In this document: positions 26,403 through 40,054 of the stretch, piece after piece
How the letters are laid out: each line of letters opens with the position of its first letter
Position numbering within the stretch: position 1 is the first letter of the stretch
From: Felis catus
Lineage: Eukaryota
Assembly: GCF_018350175.1 (NCBI RefSeq)
Contig: NC_058383.1
Location: forward strand, 22,136,001-22,200,000
DNA length: 64,000 nucleotides
Reading direction: 5' to 3'
Program-made: the position numbers and the translations under genes
The notes under the pieces: model-generated
Told to the model about the DNA's origin: nothing
The model's database searches: none
What the model saw: the letters and a program-made list of their open reading frames with translations, nothing else

Positions 26403-26482
26403 CTGAATCTCAGCATCCTCCTGGAGAAAGCAGGGACAGTACCTGAATCTCAGCATCCTCCTGGAGAAAGCAGGGACAGTAC
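26403..26482. repeat. Perfect 40-bp tandem duplication inside a MIR-like relic
   Basis: ctgaatctcagcatcctcctggagaaagcagggacagtac occurs twice back to back. Confidence 0.95.
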
Positions 26483-27048
26483 CGGTGTCTACCAGAAGAG
26501 GCGCACAGAACATACACTGCGAGCACCTGCAGAGTGCGGAGCGCACAGCCGGCCCACGCTGACGTGCTCACAACGCCAGCTGCTGGGTTTTGTTGTTTGT
26601 AACATCACGGTTAAGGCCATGTGGGCTGCAACTCAACATAATGTGCTAGCAAAAGCCTGGCTCTGCATTCAGTGGGCCTGGGAGCCCGTGCTGTGTCTGG
26701 GGAAAACTACCCCCAATATCCTACGTCCTCAAACCTTTCTCCTGCAAAGTGGGATGACAGGTAACCCTTTCCGTAGCATGGATTTTTTGGTGAAGTGAAA
26801 CCAAGTGTTTGGAAGACCACACGTGGGAGATGCTTGGATGGAAAGTCAGGTCCATTCCCAAGACAGAAACATGGGGGAGCACCACAAGCCTTCACTGAGC
26901 AGGGGAGAGGTGAGCCAGCAAAGGGTTGGGGCTCGGGCCCCTGCCAGAGCCTACAGACAGGATGGCTGCTGGTGGCTCTGCCCCAGGGGCATCACATGGC
27001 CTAGAAATCCAGGCAGCCATGCTCAGCACCCTCAAAAGACTGAACATT

Positions 27049-27270
27049 GGGGGCGCCTGAGTGGCTCAGTCAGTTAAGCGTCCAACTTTGGCTCAGTCAT
27101 GATCTCACGGTTCATGATTTCACGTCCATGTGCTCTGTGCTGACAGCTCAGAGCCTGAGCCTGCTTCGGATTCTGTGTCTCCCTCTCTCTCTGCCCCTCC
27201 CCTGCTCATGCTCTGTCTCTCTCTCTCTCTCTCTCAAAAATGAATAAACATTAACAAAAAAATTTTTTTA
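27049..27270 (+). mobile_element. CanSINE
   Basis: SINEC consensus. Degenerate TSD aaaagac..aaca.t. Confidence 0.9.
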
Positions 27271-29129
27271 AAAGACCTAACAGTGTCACAGTTAAGTGTA
27301 AAACCCCGTGGAGCCAGGCTGCCTGGGTTCAAATCTTGGCCCTGAAATGTACTTGCTGTGTGGCCTCAGTCCCCTCGTCTTAGAGGGGTGATGACAGGAC
27401 CCATCCAAAGGTCGTCATGTGGTTTAACAGTGTCAGCCTTTGCCTCACGTGAGTAGGCATTATTATGTCTTTGAAGTGAATTTAATTTATGTAAACTCAA
27501 AGTATATGTGCTTAAAAAAACTATCTGCCAGGAAGGCAGTGAGGGCATCTCCTCAAGCCAAGCACAACTGTAACATTTATGGTTACATTTTCCCCAAACC
27601 ACGCGGCCCTTAGAGAGAGAGTAGCTACTTTGATCCGCACCAACAAGAGGGCAGTCTGTTCCACCCTCAGCCTTGCTGGATCAGGAGACTGCGAGGTGGC
27701 CGCCAACATGGGCCTCCATCCCCACACAAGACTCGAACCCATGGAACTGTGTTCTCAGCGCCGTCTCTCTTCCCTGACATGTGACACCCCTTGAGGGGAC
27801 CCAGGGCACCGCATGATTTCCAGATAAACCCCAGCCCTACTGTCTAATGCCAGAAAGCATACTAAAATACGAGTGAGGCAGTGCAGTATGAAAAGAATTG
27901 CCTCAAATCCACTCTACTATCATTTTGAAAGCAGTACCTTACTAATAAAGATACTGTACGTCAATAACGTTTGTCACACATGACTAATACCTCCAATCTC
28001 AATACATTCAACCGAAATTGAAAATGGTGCTCTAAGTTGGTCCAACCTCTTGCTTGAGAACAGGAACTCTTCTTGGTCTATTCCCCAGACTGAGACCCTT
28101 CTTGATCTACTGATGTCAGTGGGTAAACCTGGGGACCCACGATGGGAAAAGGAGAAGATGCAGCATGGAGGAGTTTAGAGGTTTAAGAATCTAGTCTGGT
28201 CCTGTCTCTGCTACCTCTTGAGTGCCTGAAGGACCTAATTCCCTAAAACTCAGGCTTTGGAACTCTCTTCACCACTGTGCCAAGGATGTGAACTGTTGCT
28301 CGCGTAATATTTTTCTTTACATCGACTCTCTTCTTTTACGCAAACGTTTTATTTTAGAAGCAAGTGTTGACTAGTCACCTTTGGAGCATAATCATGAACC
28401 AATTTGTGACAAACTGTCCAGTAACAAGAAAGAATCAAGCGTTTATCCAGCGTTTCCTATACGAGCTGTGCCATGGGGAACCAGGCAAGTGAGGAGGGGC
28501 AGCCTGCCTTCAAAGAGGCATATCCTACCAGTAAATGAAAAAGAAATGACAGAATTAGGGTACCGCCATTAACGGGCCTAGGGGCTGAGTGAGCATCAGT
28601 GACGGCCAACATCACAGAAAGAGAGACACGGGGTGTTCTGTGCCTTTGAACCAAAGAGCATGCCTTCTAGGTTCTTACCAAAGGGATCAGACCTGATTCT
28701 GCCCGAGTCTCTAGGCCCGGCTACTGATTTGCAGGAGACACATCAGACAGGAAAACTGTGCAAGAGGCCCACACCTGTGCAATCCGCAAATCCAGACCGT
28801 GAAAACGCTCTGGGTCAAACAGCCCAGGATCTTCAGCAGATGAAGGAACGGATAAACAGAAAGGATGGAGGGGAGAAATCACTGTATTAAAAGGCTTAAA
28901 AGACACAGCCAGTGTCTAAAAATGGGAAAGATTAAACTACCGTATTAAGAGACGATAAGACTCAAGTGATAAAACTATAAAGACGCACAAGGAAGTCAAG
29001 CCACCGCTTGCCGGGAGATCGAGATTAGAACACGAATAACCTTCCAGAGTGGCGGCCAGAGTTCTGTTTCCCAACTGGGGTGGTGATTTGAGGAACTTAA
29101 CCTTATAAGAACTCATTACTAAAACATCT

Positions 29130-29133
<4 letters not shown>

Positions 29134-29167
<34 letters not shown>
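29134..29167. repeat. (TG)17 microsatellite
   Basis: Read directly. Confidence 0.95.
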
Positions 29168-29170
<3 letters not shown>

Positions 29171-30585
29171 AAATATTTGCTTACCTCGTATGCAAAACAG
29201 TGACTTAGAAATGGGTGTTTGCCAAAGCTTAGAAACGGAAGCCTGGTACTCTTCTGTTAAAAAGAGGATACAGGTGTGCTGACACCAAACAGAAACATTC
29301 CCCTTGAGGCATTCAGGAGAACTTAAAGCTAATTAAAAGGGGAATGTAACTTTAAATCTATGCACCAGCCAAAGTCACCCTTTGTACCCAGGGCCACTTT
29401 GCGCTGGGGTATATGCACCCTACTTTGGCAAATACGGTAAGTGACAGAGCCGGGATCTGAGCCCAGGTCCTTCTGACCCCAAAATGTATCAAGAGACTTC
29501 TTCGAACAGGGAAGGAGCTGAGGTCCGGTTCCGTCCCTTTCACACAGGGCTGTTCTAAGCCCGGTGTGCGGTTACACTGAGAAAACCCACCCCAAACCCA
29601 GTTTTAGATCTTTCTGGGCTGGGAGTGTTGAATCTAACTTAGCAGAGCACAGGACTTGGTGATGTTGGAGAAGAGAGGAAGTCTCAAGCCTTAAATTACA
29701 TGCAATATACGATAGCATCCCGTCTTACATAGGAGGTGGGCTCTAAAATTAGCATGCATAGTAAGAGCTGCACAGAATTGAAATCATCTCAAAGAATCCC
29801 TTAAAGCATCTTGAAGTCACTGGGCCACTGGCCCTTTAGAAGCTCCAAAGGCAAGGATTAATTTTGTACCTTTTCGCATTTGGGCTCCGGCCACCCCCTC
29901 CTTAGGCATGGAGGCCGGGGTCTAATTCGAACGGGGAAAGGTGACAGGTTCCTTAAAGGGATGGCCCCTGCTCTCGCAGATAGACATGGAATCACAGGTA
30001 ACAGCGAATAGGGCACAAGTGTCCCCTTCTTTTCTTGGGAGCCACGGTTTGGTGCTCCCTAGTCCCTGCCTAGGACACTGTGCCCCCTGCTCCATTAGTC
30101 TCCCACAGGCTGTGTTTTCAGGCAACCCCTCCCTCAAGGAGGTCCCCGCAACTGGCAGAATATACCGGAGCATTTATCTGGAGGGTCTGGAGGGCTGACT
30201 ATAACCGTCTAAACCCACATCCTGTGGCCCTTCCCAACTCACTCCGATCGCTAAGCTCTGCTAGAACATCTTATATTGTGAGAGCAAAAGTCCTCAGCTC
30301 CTGTCCTCAAGTCACCTCTTGCTGTCTGAGAAAGACCCTGCTCTGTTGGTTATTAAACCAGTTGCCTGAGTTCTTCTATCCTCATTGAAACAGCATCTGC
30401 CTAGGGGAGAGCTTCTCAGTGGCAACCTCAGAAACTTTCAGCAGCATCCCCTGGGCACAGCAGCCTCCCATCTCCAGAATGGAAAGGGTCCAGGTGCTTC
30501 TTTGGAGTGAGCACTGCTGGGATGGCTTTGGTCAAAGCCTGGAGAAGCCCTAGAGGTGGAATGGCCAGGCCCCCGGACAAATTAC

Positions 30586-30759
30586 CATGGTCTGGAAGCA
30601 GGAATGGAGCTGGGTCAGGAACGGCGGCTTCCCGGGCAGGGCCAGCACCCGCTTCTCCACCATCGTGCATTCCACGTCGTCATCTTGGATCACGACGTCC
30701 TTCTTCAGGATCTTCACGGCATAGAGCTCATCTGTGCCTTTCCGCTCTGAGAGCATGAC
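30586..30759 (-). CDS. PRKCB: PRKCB coding exon (exon 10), 174 nt: ATP-binding lysine and alphaC helix
   Basis: [58 protein letters not shown]. Acceptor ...ttctctttcccag|GTC, donor ATG|gtaatt. Phase 0/0. Confidence 0.98.
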
Positions 30760-32693
30760 CTGGGAAAGAGAATAAGCCTGTCAGGGTGGTCGGAAGGGCC
30801 CAGAAAGCCGCGGCAGCCGATGCTCATTCAGACCCACTCCAAGCTCTGCCCAGAGGCCCTCTGTGAACACTGAAACAATGGATAAAGTTTTCTCCAGACC
30901 TCGCATTTTGAATGGCTAAACCCAATCAGTAGGGAGGGTTCCAACAACAACAAGCAAGTATCGATCCTTTTGGGATTTGTATCAATGCCCAGCCAACAGG
31001 GCTAGGATGTAAAGCTCATGAGGGAAAGGATCTTTGTTGGTTTTGTTTACTGCTGTCACCCAAGAGCCTGGTATAGTGCCTGGTACATGGTAGAGTTTCG
31101 ATAAATATTTGTTGAATGAGAGAATGGGCGAATTCCTGATAAAACTGAATTTGGAGCACCTGTCTCCTTATTCACTCGATTATTTAATATTCAAGCAAAG
31201 CCTGCTAAGCACTGGGAATACAGCAATAAAGAAGCAGACACGTTCTCTGCCCCTGCCGTCCAGAGGAAGAAAGGCTTCTGATATTAATTACAGGGATGAT
31301 TAGTGTAATATTTTAACACCCTCTCCTGTTGTCCCGGGGCTTCCTTCCATGCAGCTGTGGTCACCAATCCAGCCTGTTAATCAGGGTGGCTCAGGACACA
31401 TCATTATTTTCACTGGTTGTGATTATGCCAGATGCCACAGTGGCCAGCGGGTACCATTTTCAAGAAGCCTCTTAGAAGCGGCACAGGGCAGTACCACTAC
31501 CTTGCAGGAGACCTGATCGGCCCTGGGGCTTCTGGGAAGGCTTCCTGGAGGAAGAAGCAATCAGACTGCAATAAGCATTCACTGCACGCACTGTGTCACC
31601 ACTACATTTTTGAGTACTTATCGATGTGCCACACAAGTAGTGGTTTTCATTTGTTATTTCTCATTACTTTGCAGAACCCCATTTTACAGGAAAGCCAGGC
31701 TCATGGAGGGGAAGATGCCCTCACACAGCAAATTCAGTTAGGGACAGGGCCAGGGTTTGAACTCAGGTCTAACTGACTCTAAAGTCTCTGCCTTTAAACA
31801 CTTGACTTGCTCAGAGCTCCAGAAGAATCCTCAAGGTGCTTGGGTGGTTGGGTAAATAAAATGCTCACACCTGACTCAGCTGGGGGACCAGAGAATGCAA
31901 TAGAGCCTTAAGGCCAGAGGGAGGGAGGCCTAGAAAGCTCTTTGAGGCAGGAGGGCAGCTTGGCATACTTCGTTCAGCTCTTATCTTAATGGTAAATTAG
32001 AGTCTAACTGCATGGAAGCTTCCAGGCTGAGCCCACCGGCTTCCAGAGGCCCCATTTCCTGCTCTCACCATCTCCTTTCTCATCACAGCCAGGGGTGGCC
32101 ATGGGCACTGTAGACCCAGGAATTTAGAGCACTTAGCAAGAAAGTTCCTGGTGCACACTGCCACTACCATAGGACTTTCTCAGCTTCTCCCCTCCAGCCC
32201 CACTAGAGAAATAAGGGCTGCCAAGCTGAGCAGGGCCTACCTGCTGGGCATCTACTCGATCCCCACGCAGACCCACCAGTCCACATGGCAGGGTGGGGCT
32301 CAAAGCGCTGGGCCACGTGTCTTCAGTTTGTTTCCGGTCTTCCCTGTTCTCTCGCTAGTCCTCAAGGGCCATTTTCCCTTCCCCAGCCCTCACCACAGCA
32401 GAAACAATGCCTCCAGGAGGCCAGTGTTCGAAGACGCAGAGAGTCAGGTGGAGACAGGGCTTTTCTGCTCCCAGGTTCCAGAGAAGATTGGGGAAGGGAC
32501 AAGTGCAGGGTGGAGGCAGGGACGTGACTTGCCTGGGAGACAAACCAGTAGAGGGGCTGAAGGTGGAAAGAAGAACCTTCAGCTGAGAGGACCCCTGAGC
32601 CCAACAGGAGGGGGCTCAGTAGTGAGCCGGTTTCGAGTGTGGACAGCCCCACCGACCCATCACCACTGGTCAAGGCACCATCTAACAATCCCC

Positions 32694-33056
32694 TTCTCTT
32701 TTTTTTTCTTTTTAAAAATTTATTTATTTTTTATTTTTTATATTAAATATAATCTATTGTCAAATTGGTTTCCATACAACACCCAGTGCTCATCCCAACA
32801 GGTGCCCTCCTCAATGCCCATCACCCACTTTCCCCTCTCCCCCACCTCCCATCAACCCTCAGTTTGTTCTCAGGATTTAAGAGTCTCTTACGGTTTGCCT
32901 CCTTCTTAAGTTTCTCAGGATCCACATATGAGTGAAAACATAAGGTATCTATCTTTCTCTGTATGACTTATTTCACTTAGCGTAATACCCTCCAGTTCCA
33001 TCCACCTTGCTTCAAATGGCATGATTTCATTCTTTCTCATTGCCAAGAAGTATTCC
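32694..33056 (-). mobile_element. Short felid L1 (L1_Fc-like) 3' end
   Basis: Poly-T followed by 'attgtcaaattggtttccatacaacacccagtgctcatcccaacaggtgccctcctcaatgcccatcaccc'. Flanked by the TSD-like repeat aacaat(g)cccc. Confidence 0.88.
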
Positions 33057-33563
33057 AAACAATGCCCCGCTCGACCACCCAAGACACAGAGGAGGGGGCC
33101 CTGGACACCTTGAGTGTCGATGCAGTCATGATAGGACATCCCAGCCCCCTGACAGGAGGAGAAGCAGGACAGATGGCTGAGAAGTTCCCTGGTAATATTT
33201 CCATTACCCCCATTTTACAGATAGACTAACTGAGGCTCAGAGAGCTTAACCTGCTCGAGCTAACAACTGCTCTAAAAATGCTGCTCTGGCCATGTTACTC
33301 AAATGCATACAATCCTTCAGTGATCCCCACGAGCCAGACAATTCCGTGACCACATTCCCTTCTTTCTTTCCCTTTGAATATTCTTTTCCCACCGCTTGCA
33401 ATGTCCTTCTACACTCTTTCACTGCCCAGAAAATCAGTGATTCAGCTCAGATGTCGCCTCCTTCTCAAACCCTCAGGGATGTACTCAGACCAAATGGGTC
33501 ACTCCCTCCGCTGGGCACCAGGACTTTTTTGTAGCTATGTCAGTCACTTTAACACAAGTTTCC

Positions 33564-34090
33564 CAAACTTCCATCGATCATTCGTGTGCCTTTTGCACAT
33601 CTTTTCCCATCACCTAAACTGGTATTTGCTTAGTATTTTAACAACCTCGTCATATTTTTACTTAACTAAATTTATCTGAAAAAGGAAACTCTGTATCACC
33701 ACTATTAATGGCAAGTCAGTATCACCAGCCATAAATGGAAATAAGCATAAAAATAAATAAAAGCAAAGCAGTGCTAGGAAATTCTAGTTAGCTTTTGCTA
33801 GCTGCTGAAGGTTCCTAGCCAGCCCCTGCATGCTCTCCTTGTTAAAGGGAAAAATGATGTTAGCAAGTGTTAGAGAACTATTAATGGCATATTGTCATCA
33901 ACTGAGATTTTCTTGTTCAAGTAATAAGAAAGACTGAAAGAAAACATAAAGAGAGTATCGTTCTATCATGATGTGATTTAATTTCATTTAATATCACTTC
34001 TATGTACCACCTAAAAAAATCTCAAGCACTAAGCTAAAATCACCTTGCAAATCATCAATGCTACGTGCTTCACACCTCAGGAAATACTGT
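33564..34090. mobile_element. hAT-Charlie-like DNA transposon fossil
   Basis: Termini resemble '(c)agtttcccaaact' and 'ggaaatactg', around an AT-rich body. Confidence 0.45.
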
Positions 34091-34110
34091 GGCATTTGCA
34101 GAAATCAGGT

Positions 34111-34321
34111 TTTTTAAAAATTTCTTTTACATTTATTTTTTTTAAGAGACAGAGAGAGACAGAGCACAAGTGGGGGAGGGGCAGAGAAAGGGGGAGACAC
34201 AAGCAGGCTCCAGGCTCTGAGCTGTCAGCACAGAGCCCGACGCGGGGCTCGAATTCACAGACTGAGATTGTGACCTGAGCCGAAGTCGGACACTTAACCG
34301 ACTGAGCCACCCAGGCGTCCC
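34111..34321 (-). mobile_element. CanSINE
   Basis: SINEC consensus in reverse. Confidence 0.92.
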
Positions 34322-34567
34322 TGAAATTTTTTTTTTTTTTAAGTCAACTAACAGAGATGGGTATGGATTCTGGTGCCTTGCTCTGTCCCAAGCAACATGG
34401 GTAGAAGGAAGAAAAAACCGGTACCAGATAGCATCTCTGACATCGTGTGAGTGGTGTACAAATGAGCCAAGGTCGGGAAATTCCCCTGTATTGGCTGGAG
34501 GAAAGTAGGAATGAAACACGTGAAACGCTGGTAACTATGGAGATACAGAACTGAATCAAATCCTAGA

Positions 34568-34738
34568 GCAGGGGTCAGAAAACTTTTCCTGGGAAGGGCT
34601 GAATAGTAAATATTTTAGTCTCTATATCAACCACTCAACTCCACCACCATAGTGGGAAAGCAACCATAGACAATACACAAATGCATGGGTGCAGTTATGT
34701 TCCAATAACATTTTTTTGTATAAAACTAAGTGATGGCT
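34568..34738 (+). mobile_element. MER58A-like hAT fossil, interrupted at its 3' side
   Basis: gcaggggtcagaaaactttt...atagtaaatattttag...ccactcaactc...atagacaatac...tgttccaataa, a typical MER58A text. Confidence 0.7.
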
Positions 34739-34972
34739 GGGGCGCCTGGGTGGCTCAGTCGGTTAAACATCCGACTTCAGCTCAGGTCACGATCTCGTGG
34801 TCCGTGAGTTCGAGCCCCGCGTCGGGCTCTGGGCTGATGGCTCAGAGCCTGGAGCCTGGTTCAGATTCTGGGTCTCCCTCTCTCTCTGCCCCTCCCCGTT
34901 CATGCTGTGTCTCTCTGTCTCAAAAATAAATAAATGGTAAAAAAAATTAAAAAAAAAAACAAACAAAAAAAA
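34739..34972 (+). mobile_element. CanSINE (SINEC_Fc)
   Basis: Near consensus. TSD actaagtgatggct. Confidence 0.95.
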
Positions 34973-34989
34973 ACACTAAGTGATGGCTA

Positions 34990-35760
34990 AATGTCCACTG
35001 ATAGATGAATAGATGAATGAATAAAGAAAACAGTGTGTGCATGTGTGTGTATGTGTGTGTACACAGTGGAATATCACTCAGCCACAAAAAATAAGGAGAT
35101 CTTGCCAAGTGTGACAACATGGATGGACGTAGAAGGTATTGTGCTAAGTGAAATTAGTCAGAGAAAGAGAAATACCATATGGTTTCACTCATATGAGGAA
35201 TCTAAAAACCAAAACAAACACACAAACCAGAAACAGACCCACAAATACAGAGAACAAACTGGTGGTTGCCAGAGGGGAAGGGATTTCAGGATGGGAGAAA
35301 TAGGTGAAGGGGATTAAGAGGTACAAATTTCCAGGGGTGCCTGGGTGGTTCAGTCACTTAAGCATCCGACTTGGGCTCAGGTCATGATCTCACAGTTCGT
35401 GGGTTCAAGCCCTGCCTCAGGCTCTGTGCTGACAGCTCAGGGCCTGGAGCTTGCTTTGGGTTCTGTGTCTCCCTCTCTCTCTGGCCCTCCCCTACTTGCG
35501 CTCTGTCTCTCTCTCTCAAAAATAAACATTAAAAAAAATTAAAAAAAAAAAAAAAGAGGTACAAACTTCCAGCCATAAAATGAATAAGTCATGGGGACGA
35601 AAAGTCCCACATAGGGAATACAGTCAACAATATTATAATCACATTGTACGGTGATGGATGGTAACATTGAGGTGAGCATAGCATAATGTATACAATTGTA
35701 AATCACAATGTCATACACCTGAAACGAACAGGTATGTGTCAACTATACTTCAATATAATT
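34990..35760 (+). mobile_element. L1 3' end (L1MA/L1_Carn-like) with a nested SINE
   Basis: aaatgtccactgatagatgaat...acaacatggatggacgtagaaggtattgtgctaagtgaaattagtcagag...gtatgtgtcaactatacttcaat. Confidence 0.87.
35334..35553 (+). mobile_element. CanSINE nested in L1
   Basis: TSD aagaggtacaaa(t/c)ttcca. Confidence 0.93.
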
Positions 35761-37384
35761 AAGTAAATACGTACATACATACATAAATGGAGATGGACCA
35801 GGCACCAGATGTTTCTAGAATATGTGTTTCAAGAAAGATCAGGAAAAATAAAAGTGACCACATATTCACATTGGCAGTTCAATTTGGAAGTGAATCTTGG
35901 CATGCCTTTCATTTCTTCTGACTCTTTATTAGAAGAACCTTCTGGTTGGGCAGTGCACCCATCTGGCCACAGCTGATTGGATCAGAGGTAGCTACTAAGC
36001 TACTCCTAAGCTGAGCCAATCAGTTTCTCTCTCCAAAGAATTTGGAATAGGCTACTGGGCAAAGTCAGTCCTGGGTCCCTGAATAGAGAAACACATAGGT
36101 CTGCCTAGATTGGTCCTTTTCTACCACATGCAGGCAAAGAAGAAACTGATGTGTCTTGGGGGCAGGGGGGAGGGGAAGAAGTTCAGAGAATGAGAAGAGG
36201 CCTTCCTTTCCAGTTCCTGGTTCCAATTTCTCATGAGGCTTGGCTGTTACCCATGAGAAACCTCCATATCCCTACAATAAAGTTACCATTTTTATTTATA
36301 TCAGTTGGAGAAGATTTCTGGTACTTAGGGGGTCCTGTAAGACAAAATTATTATTTGGGTGGCTCAAATTCTTAATTAAAATTAAAATTTCAGAAAGGCA
36401 AATACCAACAGGTCAGTATGCAATCAAAGCCAAGGCAAGGTCCATTCTCTATAAAGGACGATGCCTCCTGCTTCTTGGGGGACACTCATTTATGACACAG
36501 ATCCCAAGCACCAGAAGGTCTGGGCTGTGGCCTGTGGTCTGCATGTTAACAAGTGTCTCTCCCCCTCCCCCTCACGACCCTAATCACGAAATCTGTTGAT
36601 TTGCGGAACTCCGGGGTACTCTCAAAATCGATTCATTTCATACGGTGGTCAGGAGGTATCCATGGGGGAAACAGACTTCTACCTTGATGTTCCTAACAGC
36701 TTCTTCTTCTCAGCAGTCATTAACAGGGGTAAGAAGGAAACTTCTCTTTGTTCCTCCTTAATATTCTCATCAGGCTTTCCCTTTCAATAGGAATCTCTCC
36801 GGCCCCTCTTGGAGGCCTTTTTGAGAGCTTTCCTCACGTCATGAAGGAGGTGGTTTTTCACAGTGCTTATAAAGATTTAATACTCCTCAATCCAAGACGC
36901 AATTTATGCCCCTTGAACCTGGGAAGACCTTTGCGACTGCCTCAATGAACAGGATGATGGCAGTGGCCCCCTGTGACCTCTGAGTAGTAGCTTTTTAGTT
37001 TCTCTTGGGACACCTGCCTTTGGAGGCCTGGTGCCACCATGCCAGTGAGGCCAAGGAATGAGACCCCGTGGAGAAGCCCTGGGACTGCATGCCAGCCAGC
37101 CCCAGTGCTCCAGCCTCAGCGATCCACTGTAGGAGAGACCCCGAACCACGATCAACCAGCAAGCATTCCCAATTCACGATCCCTGATGCACAGAGACATT
37201 GGGAGATAATATATGTGGTTGGTGGAGTTTGGGGATGATGTCTCACCAGCGATAGATGACTAGAATAGAGTCTTCTAAGTTCCCACGTGCACTGATGTAA
37301 CCCAGCGTTGCCAGGCGTGGTCCCTGTTACCTTGGTTTCTTTAATTCTTGGGTTTCGTTATGCATATTGTCTTCTATCACTTTC

Positions 37385-37635
37385 TTTATTTTATCTTATT
37401 TCATTTCATTTTATTTTATTATTTTATTTATGTTATGCTATTTTATTTTTAAATATTTATTTTTGAGAGAAGGAGGGAACAGGGGAGAGGCACAGAGACG
37501 GGGGGAGACAGAGGATCCGAAGCAGGCTCTGTGCTGACAGCAGAGAGCCTGATGCAGGGCTCAAACTCACAAACTGTGAGATCATGACCTAAGCCGAAGT
37601 CAGTCTCTTAACCGACTAAGCCACCCAGGTGCCCT
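37385..37635 (-). mobile_element. CanSINE with an (ATTTT)n-expanded tail
   Basis: SINEC in reverse, preceded by an AT-rich pentamer repeat. Confidence 0.88.
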
Positions 37636-39656
37636 TCAATCAGTTTTATTTTTAAAAGGCTTCAATTAAGAGATGCAACAGAGAAGGAAGTCAATGTGCC
37701 TTCCAAATGTGTCATCTTTTCTAGTCTTATCCAGGACTTGGAAGGCTGGCCAATTCATCCATTCGTTCAGTAAACATTACGTGTCTGGGATGCACCAGGC
37801 ACTGGGATAGGCACTGGGGATGCAGGGCTCACAAAGCTCACCCTCCTGCACAAATAATTACCTAAATCAGTGACGATTAAACCCCAGCGAGAGAAGTGCA
37901 CGGCGCCTCACGACTGGTTAAACAGAGGACCCAACCTGATCGCGCAGGTCAGCGAAAGATGTTCTGGGGAAACAATAGCGAAGTGTGGACCTAGAAGATC
38001 AGCAGAGCCAGCAGGCATATTCCAGGCAGAGGGAAGAGAACTGTGCTCCCTTAGGATCAAACTATCCAAACCTACAAACCTTCTCCTAGAATTACTGTAG
38101 GAAGTGAGCACTCAAGCTCTAGAATGCAGATCCTAGATTTCAATTCCCAGCTGTCTGCGAGGCAGCAACCAATCATCTCTAGCAGAATTGGAGAGATCCA
38201 GCAACCAGAGCAGCTGGGATGCTGTACCAACAAAGGCTGGAATGGAATGGTACAGGGTTTGCACCAGGAAGAAGGGAGGGGGGCGCTGGAGGCGGGACCA
38301 GCACAGGTGGGGGGGGCGGTCCTTATGGGTTGGTAATGATAACCCCTCCCATTTCTTGCTTATACTGCTCAGGATCTCCTTTAATCTCCACTGGAATGCA
38401 CAGTGGGAACTTCAGTACCTCACTTTACAGACGAGGAAGCCAGGGCGTAGGAAGTGCGTGTCTTGCCTAAAGTTTCTCCCCTAGAAGTGAAACTTCCTAC
38501 GGCCCCTGTCTCCAAAACCCACGCACTTAACCATATTCTATCTGATTCTCTGGACCTCAAGCACCAAGCGTTCTGCTGTGGGAAATTATTCAAATTATTT
38601 ACTGCAAGCTGTCACAGGAGGGTTTCAAATTCGGCTCCAGATCCCAGCCCTGTTCCTCCTTTTCCTACCCACCCCACGTGTTGAGGCTGGGGAGCTCATG
38701 GGCTAATTCAAGACCACAGACAGAACAGTCATTTCTTTCTCCATTTCTTATACAGCCATTGACAAACCATTCATTTACTTGGCGAGATGAGCTTGGTCTG
38801 AGTTGGTGCCACAACCATGCATCCAGGTTCCTCCATCCACAAGCTCTCTTGGGGATTCTGTGCCAGGCACAATGCTAGGCATTGGTGATGTGCCCTAAAA
38901 CAGGATGGGCATGGCCCTGCTTCCAAGCATTAAGCGGCCCGGGAAGATCTTCCTTCCTCCCTCTGTGCCCTGATGCACTGGCATGAGAGAGGGAAATAAA
39001 TGGCAGAGAAATCGCCATTGCCACGGCCACAGCGATGGCCAGGTTCTAAAATGTTCCTTCAAATGGAAATGATCTTTTGCTTTTCATTAATTGCCTCATG
39101 AAGTTTCTGGAGCTTCCAGTTCAGTTAATACCAACATAGAGGGCGTGGGCTGTTTGCTCAGCTGTCCCTCCGTCTCCAGGGTGAGGATTCCAAACAGATT
39201 GAAAGGATGTGTTGAAGTGACGCTCTTATCAAATTCCAAGCCACATCTGTTACCCAAGAATCTTCTGGGAGAGATGTGATAAATAACAACGCTCCAGTGG
39301 CAGCAGATAAAATGTGGGAAAGTAGCCCAGGGACTCCTGGATGCAAAGTATGTTGCGATGAACTTTACTGGTGAATGCAAACGGCAGAACGTGCCTGGAG
39401 TCGTGGTCTTTGCATAATGTTGCATGATGGTTAGGGCATGGGGTTCAGAGTCATGGGACCTGGTACTTGCCCGAGTTCCACCACACACTAGCTGCGTGAC
39501 CTTGGAAAGTTCACCGAACTTCTCCTCCTCTGGTAATATGGGGACACCAACAACACTTAGCTGTTGGTGGTAGTGAGAGAATTTTACAGGATACAGTGAG
39601 CAAAGTGTGCGCCTTAACACTGTGCTGGGCAAATGATGAGGGTTTAACACCTGGTG

Positions 39657-40054
39657 GTTGTCCATTTTTCTAGGGCTGCCGTAGCAAAGAACCAGAAACT
39701 GGGTGGCTCAGCACCACAGGATTTTATTCTCTCACAGTTCTGGGGACCAGAAGCCTGGAACCAAGGTGTTGGCAGACGTGCTTCCTTCTAGAAGCTTCCT
39801 TCTAGATTCTCACGGAGAATCTGTTCCATGCCTCTTTCCTGATTTCCAGCGGTTGCCAACAATCCTTGGCTTACAGATACGTCACTCCAATTTCTGTTTT
39901 CACGTGGCGTTCTCTCCTGTGCCCCCGTGTCTGTGTCCAAATTTGCTCTCCTTTTAAGGACACCAGTCACTGAATCACCATACCAGAACTTGATTACATC
40001 CTGTAGTTAGGACTTGAACACATATTTTGGGGGAAGACAATTCCACCCACTACA
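39657..40054 (-). mobile_element. MaLR solo LTR (MLT1C/D-like)
   Basis: ttttctagggctgccgtagcaaagaaccagaaactgggtggc...tttattctctcacagttctgg...aaggacaccagtca...caattccacccactaca. Confidence 0.8.

Noticed and set aside
32151..32909. Longest ORF in the track (252 aa, + strand)
   Set aside because: It has a non-ATG start (GTG), no recognisable domain, and runs through a poly-T tract into an antisense L1 3'UTR. A chance ORF.
39096..39665. 189-aa ORF on the gene strand in intron 9, a possible extra exon
   Set aside because: Its N-terminal half is MIR-derived and it has no PKC similarity. Exons 9 and 10 already join in frame without a gap.
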